From assembly GCA_963827685.1 (NCBI GenBank), contig CAWHBU010000004.1, positions 672,001-736,000 of the forward strand: a DNA stretch of 64,000 nt. Reading direction: 5' to 3'. A program made the position numbers and the translations under genes. This stretch comes from an uncultured delta proteobacterium (GTDB lineage Bacteria > Desulfobacterota > BSN033 > UBA1163). Position 1 is the stretch's first letter; every line of letters starts with the position of its first letter. This document shows, one piece after another, positions 18,630 through 27,421 of this stretch. The notes beneath the pieces were generated by a model. That model had not been told where the DNA came from. It did not search any database and saw nothing but the letters and a program-made list of their open reading frames with translations.

Positions 18630-20285
18630 TTATCCCCCAGCTACTTTCTTTTCTAACCCTGCTTTCAGGACTTTTTTATCCACTTTGCCTGAGTCTCCCA
18701 CGATAGGAAGGGATTCTAAGATTTCGAATCGCTCAGGTAGCTTATAAGCAGCCAGTTTCCTCTCCTTTAAGAAAGAGATCATCTCATCCTTCGTAAAAGT
18801 TTCCCGGGGCTTGACAACTACGAAAGCACAGGCCCGTTCCCCCATCTCCTTATCAGGATATCCGATGATGGCCACGTTTGCCACTTTTGGATGTTCGTTA
18901 AGAATCCCCTCTATCTCTGCAGGGTAAATATTTTGTCCACCCCTGATGATCATATCTTTTGCCCTACCCATGATCCAGAGAAACCCTTCTTCTGACTTCA
19001 CAATGTCTCCTGTAGTTGTCCAGCCATCTTTATCAAATACCTGGGCTGTTGCCTCAGGGTCACGGTAATATCCTGCTGGTCCATGGGGACCTCTGAACCA
19101 CAACGTCCCAGCCTCTCCCTCAGGCACCTCCTTTCCATCATCATCTAATAGCCTCACTTTATTGCCTGGTAACATTCTCCCTACGGTTCTCCTCCTTATC
19201 TCTCCAGGGTCATCTACGCTGCAACCAGAAACAGACCCTACATCCTGCGTCCCGAGGTCGCTTGTGATGATCGCCTTATATCTCTTTTCTGCCTCCTCCG
19301 CAACTTGAGGGGATAGATACCCGCCCGCTGAACGTATAAACCGTAAAGAACTCAAATCATACTTTTTCTCATCTACTTCAAGCATCCTTATCAGGTGGGT
19401 TGGCACAACCCCAATAGCAGTGACTTTCTCCTTCTCAATAAGGGCAAGTGCACCTTCAGGGTCAAACTCCTCCATCAGCACAGTTTTTGCTCCTACCAGA
19501 GGTGCTGCAAAGTAGGTAAGGGTTCCTGCTGCTCCACCTGCATGGGGAGCAATAGCGAGTGTTACGTCGTCCTTCGTCAATTTCCAAATATCCACTCTTG
19601 CCTTAGAGGTGCAAATTCTCGGTGCGATGGGCCATTCCACCAGTTTGGGAAGACCAGTCGTCCCTGTGGTGCTGGTAAGCAATCCTACATCCGAATAGGC
19701 ATTGAATCTTTTCTTATTGAGGATGGAAAGTTTTGATTTGTTCACAGGTTGATTCGCAAGCTTAATGATGGAGAATGTCCCTTCCGGGGCAGAAGCAGGA
19801 ATCTCCTCCTCAAAAAGGAAAAAATATTTAAGATAAGGTGATGTCTTTCTTAGCTCTTTATACATGTCAAGGTAATTGAATTTACGATAGATATGAGGAA
19901 TGGCAACTGCAACGGCCTCTGTCCTTTCAACCATAAAGGTGAGTTCTTTTTCCCTTAAATAGGGATACACTGTTAGAGAGATCAAACCTGCTCGTTCACA
20001 GGCAATACGGGCAATGAAGCCATAGACACTGTTGGGAGCCTGGATAATCATCCGCGAATCTTTTGGAATCCCCATCTTTACCCAGACATAGGCAAGATTG
20101 TCTACCAATCGTTTTACTTGAGCCCACGTAACTCTATAGCGGGAATCAACTAGAGCCTCTCGATCACCAATCTCACGAGCATTTTTTGCCCAGAAATCAT
20201 AAAAGACTTCGTCAGCCCAGTAGCCATCTCTCTTAAACTCCTTTATCATTTCGTCACCATACCTTATAGGTCTCATTTCATTCAC
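18630..20285 (-). CDS. AMP-forming (aryl/acyl)-CoA ligase
   Basis: STTGTTGLPK, TTGD, GRAKDMIIRGGQNIYPAEIE, SGKVDK. Confidence 0.9.
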   Translation of the reverse strand: MNEMRPIRYGDEMIKEFKRDGYWADEVFYDFWAKNAREIGDREALVDSRYRVTWAQVKRLVDNLAYVWVKMGIPKDSRMIIQAPNSVYGFIARIACERAGLISLTVYPYLREKELTFMVERTEAVAVAIPHIYRKFNYLDMYKELRKTSPYLKYFFLFEEEIPASAPEGTFSIIKLANQPVNKSKLSILNKKRFNAYSDVGLLTSTTGTTGLPKLVEWPIAPRICTSKARVDIWKLTKDDVTLAIAPHAGGAAGTLTYFAAPLVGAKTVLMEEFDPEGALALIEKEKVTAIGVVPTHLIRMLEVDEKKYDLSSLRFIRSAGGYLSPQVAEEAEKRYKAIITSDLGTQDVGSVSGCSVDDPGEIRRRTVGRMLPGNKVRLLDDDGKEVPEGEAGTLWFRGPHGPAGYYRDPEATAQVFDKDGWTTTGDIVKSEEGFLWIMGRAKDMIIRGGQNIYPAEIEGILNEHPKVANVAIIGYPDKEMGERACAFVVVKPRETFTKDEMISFLKERKLAAYKLPERFEILESLPIVGDSGKVDKKVLKAGLEKKVAGG

Positions 20286-20337
20286 CTCTTGTCATGAAAT
20301 TCCAATATCAACCGCAGTATCGGAGAAGGGCAGTTTT

Positions 20338-21759
20338 TTAACCTTCAAATCCATACTCTTTCCAGCGAGCCTTAACCTTTTTCACGATCTCTTCATCCAG
20401 TTTTATTTCAACCGGTTTTCGTTCCCATTCAAATGGAATACAGGCATCCATGATGATTCGCGAAACAATTTCTCTGGCATCAACGGGAAGGGCAGGATCA
20501 AGCGGGGTGGAACGCCCTCTCTTAATGATCTCTGTGCTCCGGTAAGGATCATAACGCATGGACAAGGCCCATAAGACCCTATCAATGTCATCGGCTCTGA
20601 TATCGTCATCCACTACAATGACCCCTTTCATGCCGTAGTGGCCTGTCGTGGTGGAGATGACTGCTGTGCCCACTTGCATGGAGTGGCCAGGGTACATCTG
20701 TTTGACAGATACGATTCCCCAGAATCTGCCGCCCGTTTCAGGGGGGATATATACAGACTGGATGCCCGGGACCTTCATATTCTCCAGGTCTGTCCAGAGG
20801 GTTGCTGTGCGGTTCAGAGATTGAATCATATGGGTATCGGTCACTGGTTTCCCTACAGAGGTGGACCAAAAGACTGGATTGTTCCGGTGGAGAATCCGCT
20901 TCACGTTCAGACAGGGCTTGGGCCACTCCTCCCCGGTCTTTCCAGAATAGTAACCAGTATATTCCCCAAAGGGTCCTTCTTGCCTGAATTTTTCAGGATC
21001 GGTCTCAATCTCACCCTCCAAGATAATTTCAGCCGTACTGGGAAGGGGAAGGCCGGTCAGGTCGCTTTTGATAACTTCACAGGGGGTTCCTCTTAAGGAT
21101 CCCACAATATCATATTCGCAGAGACCGGCAGAGACCAGAGTGCTCCCAGCAAGGAAGAGAAGGGGATCACCCCCAATCACCGCTGCTGCAGGCATTGTTT
21201 TTTTCATCTTCTGATATTTCTTCAACATGAAGTCAGCATGTTTCCCTTTGATGATCTGGACTCCTGCGGTCTTTTCATCCAAGACCTGCATTCGATAGGT
21301 TCCCAGATTGACCCAATCACTCTCAGGATCTTTAGTGATGACAAAGTGGGCTGTTCCAATAAAGCGGCCACCATCCATCGGATAGAATTTGGGTACAGGG
21401 AAGTTGAGGAGGTTGATATCACGCCCTTGGATGATCTTCTCTGTAATTGGCCCGGTTTTGACCTCCACACGCGGGATTAATTTTTTGGTCGTCAGTTCCA
21501 TCCATCTCTTTGCCATGTCGTACATTGAAAAATGGAGTGGCATTCCGAGAGCAATGGCCAGACGCTTTGGTGAGGTTAAGGCGCTTGTCAGTAAAGGAAT
21601 CTGGTAGTCTTTCACTTTTTCGAAGAGAAGAGCTGGGCCCTTCTTCTCCTCGTTCAACTTCGCGATGTGGGAGAGTTCGAGATTCCAGTCGACTTCAGCC
21701 TTTATCCTCTTTAGTTCTCCTTCCTCTTCACACTTTTTTATAAAATCTCGAAGATCCAT
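20338..21759 (-). CDS. ppcB: UbiD-family (de)carboxylase, phenylphosphate carboxylase beta-subunit-like
   Basis: MDLR..EVDWNLELSH..EEKKGPALLF N-terminus as recalled for PpcB; NLGTYRMQ, EGPFGEYTGYY, TPLDP. Confidence 0.85.
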   Translation of the reverse strand: MDLRDFIKKCEEEGELKRIKAEVDWNLELSHIAKLNEEKKGPALLFEKVKDYQIPLLTSALTSPKRLAIALGMPLHFSMYDMAKRWMELTTKKLIPRVEVKTGPITEKIIQGRDINLLNFPVPKFYPMDGGRFIGTAHFVITKDPESDWVNLGTYRMQVLDEKTAGVQIIKGKHADFMLKKYQKMKKTMPAAAVIGGDPLLFLAGSTLVSAGLCEYDIVGSLRGTPCEVIKSDLTGLPLPSTAEIILEGEIETDPEKFRQEGPFGEYTGYYSGKTGEEWPKPCLNVKRILHRNNPVFWSTSVGKPVTDTHMIQSLNRTATLWTDLENMKVPGIQSVYIPPETGGRFWGIVSVKQMYPGHSMQVGTAVISTTTGHYGMKGVIVVDDDIRADDIDRVLWALSMRYDPYRSTEIIKRGRSTPLDPALPVDAREIVSRIIMDACIPFEWERKPVEIKLDEEIVKKVKARWKEYGFEG

Positions 21760-21845
21760 AAAAACCTCCTTCTTTCCGATATTTAGGCATCTTAAATTAT
21801 TATTTTAATTAATCCTCTTGTCAATTCACTTATCTTTATGTATAA

Positions 21846-21860
21846 ATAACTTGAGGTTAT
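21846..21860. promoter_or_regulatory. LysR-type dyad between the divergent ubiD and lysR2 genes
   Basis: ATAAC-N5-GTTAT (T-N11-A). Confidence 0.55.
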
Positions 21861-21866
21861 AGGAAA

Positions 21867-22787
21867 ATGGAGAATAGAAGCCCTTTAAATACTTCGTTGA
21901 ATTCTCTTCTTGTCTTCCATCAGGTAGCGAAATTTAGAAGCTTCTCCAGGGCCGCAGAGGAGTTATTTATCTCCCAACCTGCCGTGTCCAAACATATCAA
22001 AGAGCTGGAACAGAAGATAGGTATGGGTCTTATCCGAAGGGGAAGTGGGGGATTTGACCTGACTGAAGCAGGGGGGATCCTCTTCAAACATACCCATAAT
22101 ATTTCTTCCCATCTCCTGGAGATTGAAAATGCCCTGGGCAATCTAAAAAAAGACCGTCACGGTGTTTTGAAGATTGGGACCACGGAGTCCTATTCGAAAT
22201 GTTTGATGCCGGAACTCCTTTCTGGATTTCAGACCTTTTATCCTTCCATTAAAATCACCCTGGAAGTGGGAAACTCTGAGGAGATTGAAAAGAGCCTCCT
22301 CGATTACAAAAACGACCTCGGCTTAATCGGAGCGGTCAAGGCATCCTCAAAATTTGAATTGGTTCCCTTCTTAAGGGAGGAACTCGTCCTCATTGTTTCG
22401 CCCAACGATCCCCTTGTCAAAAGAAAAGCAGTTTCTCTGAAGGAGATTAAAGGATATCCCTTCATCGTTCGTGCAAAGGGTTCGACAACCCGTAGAATCT
22501 TATTCCACGCCTTTAAAGAGTTCGATATTCACCCCTCTCTATTGATTGAAGCAGGCAGCTCCGAATTTATCAAACAATGGGTTTCAGAGGGGAAGGGGGT
22601 GTCTGTTATTGTTAAAAGGTCAGGGGAAGATGAGGAGAAGAGAGGGACGATTAAGATGATCCCGTTGCTGGAGAAGCTCTACCTTGAAGTAGCCGTCCTC
22701 TATTTGAAAGAGGAACGGGCTAACCCCGTCATCAAAGCCTTCATTCAATATATGGAAAACAAGAGGAGAGATTTTTCCCAAGTTTAA
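21867..22787 (+). CDS. LysR-family transcriptional regulator (paralog of 14957)
   Basis: SFSRAAEELFISQPAVSKHIKELE HTH; LKIGTTESY matches LQIGTTKNY of lysR1. Confidence 0.92.
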   Translation: MENRSPLNTSLNSLLVFHQVAKFRSFSRAAEELFISQPAVSKHIKELEQKIGMGLIRRGSGGFDLTEAGGILFKHTHNISSHLLEIENALGNLKKDRHGVLKIGTTESYSKCLMPELLSGFQTFYPSIKITLEVGNSEEIEKSLLDYKNDLGLIGAVKASSKFELVPFLREELVLIVSPNDPLVKRKAVSLKEIKGYPFIVRAKGSTTRRILFHAFKEFDIHPSLLIEAGSSEFIKQWVSEGKGVSVIVKRSGEDEEKRGTIKMIPLLEKLYLEVAVLYLKEERANPVIKAFIQYMENKRRDFSQV

Positions 22788-22816
22788 AATAATTGCCCCC
22801 AACTTATCTAAAAGAG

Positions 22817-22880
22817 ATAACTTAAATTTATAGCCATATAATAAAAAATCCATTGACAAAACCCTATTGAGATAGATAAT
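22817..22880 (+). promoter_or_regulatory. LysR-type box and sigma70 promoter for the ppsA2/ppsB2 operon
   Basis: ATAACTTAAATTTAT at 22817-22831; TTGACA at 22853 and GATAAT at 22875. Confidence 0.5.
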
Positions 22881-23124
22881 GAGCCATATGGGTTTTTAAG
22901 TACACCAATTACTGAAATTACTCCATCCATTCAAAATAACTCAAGATATTCGTTCTGTTAAAGGGAGGTCATCGCTACTTTTTTTCAGACACAAACCCGA
23001 AAGAGGAAGTAATAACACGATGGTAATGAGAAGGAGGTGATGAGGGAATTATTTGTTTTTAAAGGTATTTTTTTATTTAGACGTCGTCTTTCAATTATTA
23101 AATAGAAAGGAAGGAGGTGCAACA

Positions 23125-24972
23125 ATGGCTCAGAAGAAAGGTTTTCCAATGCCGATGGAAGTGAAGTATCCAAAAGAATTGGAAGGTTGGGAGGAGATGT
23201 ATCCATCACACTATCTCTTCTCCAAGGAAAGGGCGGAATGGGAAAACAGACAATTCTGGTATCAGGACAAGATACATGACCCGGAACCTATGCCTCCTCT
23301 TGACCTGATATTCCATGAGGCGTGGCAGATATCTCTCTCCCAGTACACTACCCGGGTATTTTGTATACCCCCGGCGCAAGGTATCGCCCAGAGAATGGTC
23401 GGTTGTTACATGTTTATCGCTCCCGTGGAGCCACCGCCGCCGGAGGTCATTGAAGAGAAAGCTAAGCTGTTTGGAAAGCGGGCCTTCTACATATTCGAGC
23501 ACTATGATGAGCTGTGGGAGAAATGGCTTAATAAGTTTCAGGCACTGGGCAGAGAAATGGCGGATGTGAAAGTGCCTGAAGAATTACCCAAATACGTTCC
23601 TGAAGAGCTGGTTTTGCCCGCTCCAAAAGGCTATTACGCCTCGTATGAGCTAATGGAGGCTTTCAACACGCTGGTAGATCAAATGTTTAAGGGCTGGCAG
23701 TATCACTTCGAGATGCTAAACCTGACCTACCTGGCCTACCTGATGTTTGCTGACGTAGCCAGGAAGCTTTTTCCGGGGATAAGCGAGAGTTCTATCGGCA
23801 AGATGGTGTCTGGTGCTGAAGTATCCATGTTCCGCCCTGAGGAGGAGCTCTGCCGGCTGTCAAGGCTAGCGGCTTCCTATCGCAGTGTAGGTGACATCAT
23901 TAAAAGTGATGCATCCGCTGAGCAAAAGATAGCGGGACTCAGAAAGACAGAGGATGGGAAAAAGTGGCTTGCTGAGATGGAAAAGATCAAAAACCCGTGG
24001 TTTTACATATCATGCGGAAGCGGATGGTTCTTTTACGAGGGGAGCTGGCTTACCAAAATGGACATCCCTTTTAACTATATGAAGAGCTACGTCGAGAGGC
24101 TGGGCAAGGGAGAGAAGATAGAGAGGTCACTGGAAGGGATAAGTCAGAAAAGGGATGAGATTGTTGCCGAGTACAGAAAATTGATTAAGTCCGACGAAGA
24201 TAAGAAATCGTTCGAGGATGCTTATAAGACGGTCAGGGGAATATACCGGTTTGCTGAAGACCACCTTTTCTGGGTGGAGCACTGGTTGCATACCATATGG
24301 TGGCAGAAGATAAGGGACATCGGAAAAGTCTTCGTTAAGCAGGGAATGTTGAAGGAAGTAGATGATATATTTATGTTTAATAGATTTGAAGTGCCCGAGC
24401 TGATAGAGGAGCTGGTCATCGCATGGGCCCTGGGTGAAGGTGTCCCTCTGAGAGGCAAGTACTATATGGACAAGGCAGAGAAGCGGAAGAGGATACTTGA
24501 GGCAGCCAGGAAGTGGAACCCGACACCGGCTCTGGGCGTCCCGCCTGAAGAGGTTGCCGAACCCTTTACGGTGATGTTATGGGGAATTACAACGGAGAAA
24601 GTTCAAGAATGGCTAAAAGGGATGGCCGTTGTTCCAACAGAGGTGACCGAACTGAAAGGATTTGCTTCATCTGCAGGGGTCGTCGAAGGAAAGGTGAGGG
24701 TTGTTAAACATCTTGACGATCTCACCAAGATCGAACAGGGTGAAATACTGGTTTGCCCGACGACCAATCCGGCCTGGGCTCCTATCTTCACCAAAATCAA
24801 AGCCTCCGTCACGGACATCGGCGGTCTGACCTGCCATGCCGCTATTGTATGCAGGGAATATGGAGTCCCATCGGTGACCGGTACAGGAATCGCTACTTCC
24901 GTCCTGAAGACGGGGGATACCGTAAAGGTTGACGGTAACACTGGGATAGTAAAAATATTGAAGCGGGCATAG
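23125..24972 (+). CDS. ppsA: Phenylphosphate synthase alpha-like subunit (PEP-utiliser)
   Basis: EGWEEMYP..FWYQDKIH.PEP..EAW..LSQ N-terminus as recalled for PpsA; GGLTCHAAIVCREYG phosphohistidine site; ATG 23125 after AAGGAGG. Confidence 0.88.
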   Translation: MAQKKGFPMPMEVKYPKELEGWEEMYPSHYLFSKERAEWENRQFWYQDKIHDPEPMPPLDLIFHEAWQISLSQYTTRVFCIPPAQGIAQRMVGCYMFIAPVEPPPPEVIEEKAKLFGKRAFYIFEHYDELWEKWLNKFQALGREMADVKVPEELPKYVPEELVLPAPKGYYASYELMEAFNTLVDQMFKGWQYHFEMLNLTYLAYLMFADVARKLFPGISESSIGKMVSGAEVSMFRPEEELCRLSRLAASYRSVGDIIKSDASAEQKIAGLRKTEDGKKWLAEMEKIKNPWFYISCGSGWFFYEGSWLTKMDIPFNYMKSYVERLGKGEKIERSLEGISQKRDEIVAEYRKLIKSDEDKKSFEDAYKTVRGIYRFAEDHLFWVEHWLHTIWWQKIRDIGKVFVKQGMLKEVDDIFMFNRFEVPELIEELVIAWALGEGVPLRGKYYMDKAEKRKRILEAARKWNPTPALGVPPEEVAEPFTVMLWGITTEKVQEWLKGMAVVPTEVTELKGFASSAGVVEGKVRVVKHLDDLTKIEQGEILVCPTTNPAWAPIFTKIKASVTDIGGLTCHAAIVCREYGVPSVTGTGIATSVLKTGDTVKVDGNTGIVKILKRA

Positions 24973-24984
24973 AAATCTGAAAAT

Positions 24985-25036
24985 CGGAATGTGGAATGCG
25001 GAGTTTTTAAAAATTGAAATTCCGTATTCCGCATTC
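24985..25036. repeat. Inverted heptamer-repeat hairpin (GGAATGC / GCATTCC type)
   Basis: CGGAATGTGGAATGCGGA ... TCCGTATTCCGCATTC between ppsA2 and ppsB2. Confidence 0.6.
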
Positions 25037-25053
25037 TATAAGTGGAGTTCATT

Positions 25054-26121
25054 ATGCCATATACGGTATGGTTTGAAAAAGCTGGGAAAGAGGCTGTCGG
25101 ATTAGTAGGAGGTAAGAATGCCAGCCTGGGGGAGTTGATCAAAGCCGGCATCCCAGTGCCCCCAGGCTTTTCTATCACGACAGAGGCTTATCATGATTTT
25201 TTGAGTGAAGGTGGCATGAAAGAGAAGATCCAAAAGATCTTATCCCAAATTACCCTTGAAGATGTCGCCTCTTTGGAAGAGGCGAGCAAGACCATTTATG
25301 AACTGATCAGGATAACACCCCTATCAAAAGAGTTAGGGGAGGCCATCACTTCTAATTATCAAACCCTGGCTCAAGTGTGCGATGTCATCAATATCCCTGT
25401 TGCAGTCCGTTCCAGCGCTACCGCTGAGGATTTACCTGGAGCAAGTTTTGCTGGACAGCAAGATACCTTTCTTTGGGTGAGAGGTTGTGACGAACTTCTG
25501 AAAAAAGCTAAATCATGCATGGCGAGTCTGTTCACGTCTCGAGCCATTTCTTACCGGATCAAAATGGGGTTTCCTCATGAAAAGGTATTAATCAGCGTTG
25601 GTGTCCAGAAGATCGTGGATGCCAAAGCAGCAGGAGTGATGTTCACCCTAAATCCAACCAATGGAGATCCATCCAAAGTGGTCATTGAAGCGAATTGGGG
25701 ATTAGGAGAAACGGTAGTTTCAGGGACAGTGAATCCTGATAAATTTGTCGTGGATAAGGTCACCTCGGAGATAGAAAGAATGCTTTCCGTGAAAGAATGT
25801 GAATGTATCTACGATCCTGTGAGAGGGGGCGTGATGCATGTGGATACTCCTCCTGACCGGCGGGAAATCCCATGCATTGAAGACCAAGAAATCATTGAAC
25901 TGGCGAGATATGCAAAAAGAGTAGAAGAATATTACGGGTGTCCTCAGGACATCGAATGGGCCATTGACCAGCAAAGGCCCTTTCCTTTTAACATTTTCAT
26001 GGTTCAAAGCCGACCGGAAACCGTGTGGAGCCAGCGGAAAAAGGAGCCAGTCCTCGGAAAGAAAAGTGCTTACGAACTTCTGATGGAAAAGGCGTTGACC
26101 CGAATAAAAGTTAATTATTAA
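25054..26121 (+). CDS. ppsB: Phenylphosphate synthase beta-like (PEP synthase ATP-grasp) subunit
   Basis: VGGKNASLGEL, VAVRSSATAEDLPGASFAGQQDT, DIEWA, VQSRPET. Confidence 0.9.
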   Translation: MPYTVWFEKAGKEAVGLVGGKNASLGELIKAGIPVPPGFSITTEAYHDFLSEGGMKEKIQKILSQITLEDVASLEEASKTIYELIRITPLSKELGEAITSNYQTLAQVCDVINIPVAVRSSATAEDLPGASFAGQQDTFLWVRGCDELLKKAKSCMASLFTSRAISYRIKMGFPHEKVLISVGVQKIVDAKAAGVMFTLNPTNGDPSKVVIEANWGLGETVVSGTVNPDKFVVDKVTSEIERMLSVKECECIYDPVRGGVMHVDTPPDRREIPCIEDQEIIELARYAKRVEEYYGCPQDIEWAIDQQRPFPFNIFMVQSRPETVWSQRKKEPVLGKKSAYELLMEKALTRIKVNY

Positions 26122-26246
26122 ATATATTGGTTAAGGAAGTCTAAATCGCTGTAGTTTATTTAGATAAAGGATCATTAGAAATCAATTAACCATTTTTGAA
26201 ATGTTGGGGAGATAAAGTCTTTTCGACATGGAAGGAGGTAACTTTT

Positions 26247-27359
26247 ATGGGAAATGAAAAACCACCAAAAAAGATCGGCATCGGTCCCCTCGGAAGAGGG
26301 GGAGGACTCATTCAATTCATCGTTTTCGCTATCGTCGGGATTGTCATATTCGTCTACTGCATCTCTCCAGCATCTATCGTTTTGACACTCATCCCTGCCA
26401 CACTCATTATGCTCATCGTCCTCGGCCATTTAGTACTTTTGGGCGATAATTGGCCGTGGGCACCCCCAGCGGGAAATTGGACGCCTGCCAAATCGCGTTT
26501 CATTGCGGGAATTGGGATGACCATCATCTGGGCCATTTTTACTTTCGCTGTGTTACTGTTCATGAGATTCATCTATCCCCAATGGCCAATAGGCCCACTT
26601 TATCTTTGGTTTGGGGTCATCGGGTTCTGGGCTACCCTCCTTTATGGGGTAAACTGGGGGGGATGGCCTTTTAAAGGGAAAGTCCATCCCTGGGGAATGA
26701 TGGCAATCAGTTTCATTATTGTCATGGTCGTTTCTATCCTCATCTGGAATTTCTTAACCAATCTTGATGGGACACCTCTTGCGGATACTCCGATCAATCA
26801 TAAGGGGCCCCTCAATGTGAACTGGTTAACAGGATACCTGGTCTGGGCAATTGCCTGGTTCTTTGTCTTTAGCCCTGTCTTCACTACCCAAGGTTGGCCC
26901 TTTGCCAAATGGGGACATCCTGGGGCAGCCATTGGTCAGACTATCCTTGCTCACATTTTGGGCTACATCTTCTGGAGCGGAAGTCTGGCTCTGGGTATTA
27001 GCCCAACCTTCTCGTTTGCCGCTTTGGGCTCATCCCTTATATTTTGGCCTCTGGTTCACTCCTGGCATCTCCAGTTCTGGGGGCTCACGAAATACACCTT
27101 CTATAAAAGGGCAATTTCGGCATTCATTCTCCAGTGCATCATCATCGCTATCTGGCTTATCATCATAAGGCCGATCCTTGGCCCTGCTGCCGAGGCCGTA
27201 GCAGCTGCGAAACTTCCAGCCGATGTAAACGTCCTCGTCATCTACCTTAACCTTTGTGTTATGGGTCCGGCACTCATTGCACACAACGCCTTCTGGTTGA
27301 GATGGCCACTGACACTTCCCAATCCACCAGGAACTCCGCCCCCTGATCAAGCTGTCTAA
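26247..27359 (+). CDS. Polytopic membrane protein, probable transporter
   Basis: About 10 hydrophobic segments with repeated (G/N)WP(W/F) motifs; ATG 26247 after AAGGAGG. Confidence 0.7.
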   Translation: MGNEKPPKKIGIGPLGRGGGLIQFIVFAIVGIVIFVYCISPASIVLTLIPATLIMLIVLGHLVLLGDNWPWAPPAGNWTPAKSRFIAGIGMTIIWAIFTFAVLLFMRFIYPQWPIGPLYLWFGVIGFWATLLYGVNWGGWPFKGKVHPWGMMAISFIIVMVVSILIWNFLTNLDGTPLADTPINHKGPLNVNWLTGYLVWAIAWFFVFSPVFTTQGWPFAKWGHPGAAIGQTILAHILGYIFWSGSLALGISPTFSFAALGSSLIFWPLVHSWHLQFWGLTKYTFYKRAISAFILQCIIIAIWLIIIRPILGPAAEAVAAAKLPADVNVLVIYLNLCVMGPALIAHNAFWLRWPLTLPNPPGTPPPDQAV

Positions 27360-27367
27360 AAATAATG

Positions 27368-27393
27368 AGCCCTGGGAGGACCCTCCCAGGGCT
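27368..27393. terminator. Bidirectional terminator hairpin between convergent genes
   Basis: AGCCCTGGGAG-GACC-CTCCCAGGGCT. Confidence 0.65.
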
Positions 27394-27421
27394 TGATTTC
27401 TTTTAGGCAGTATTAATTGGT

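Noticed and set aside
22985-23030. c-di-GMP-I riboswitch-like CAAACCCGAAAG
   Set aside because: The second hairpin and the rest of the consensus are missing.
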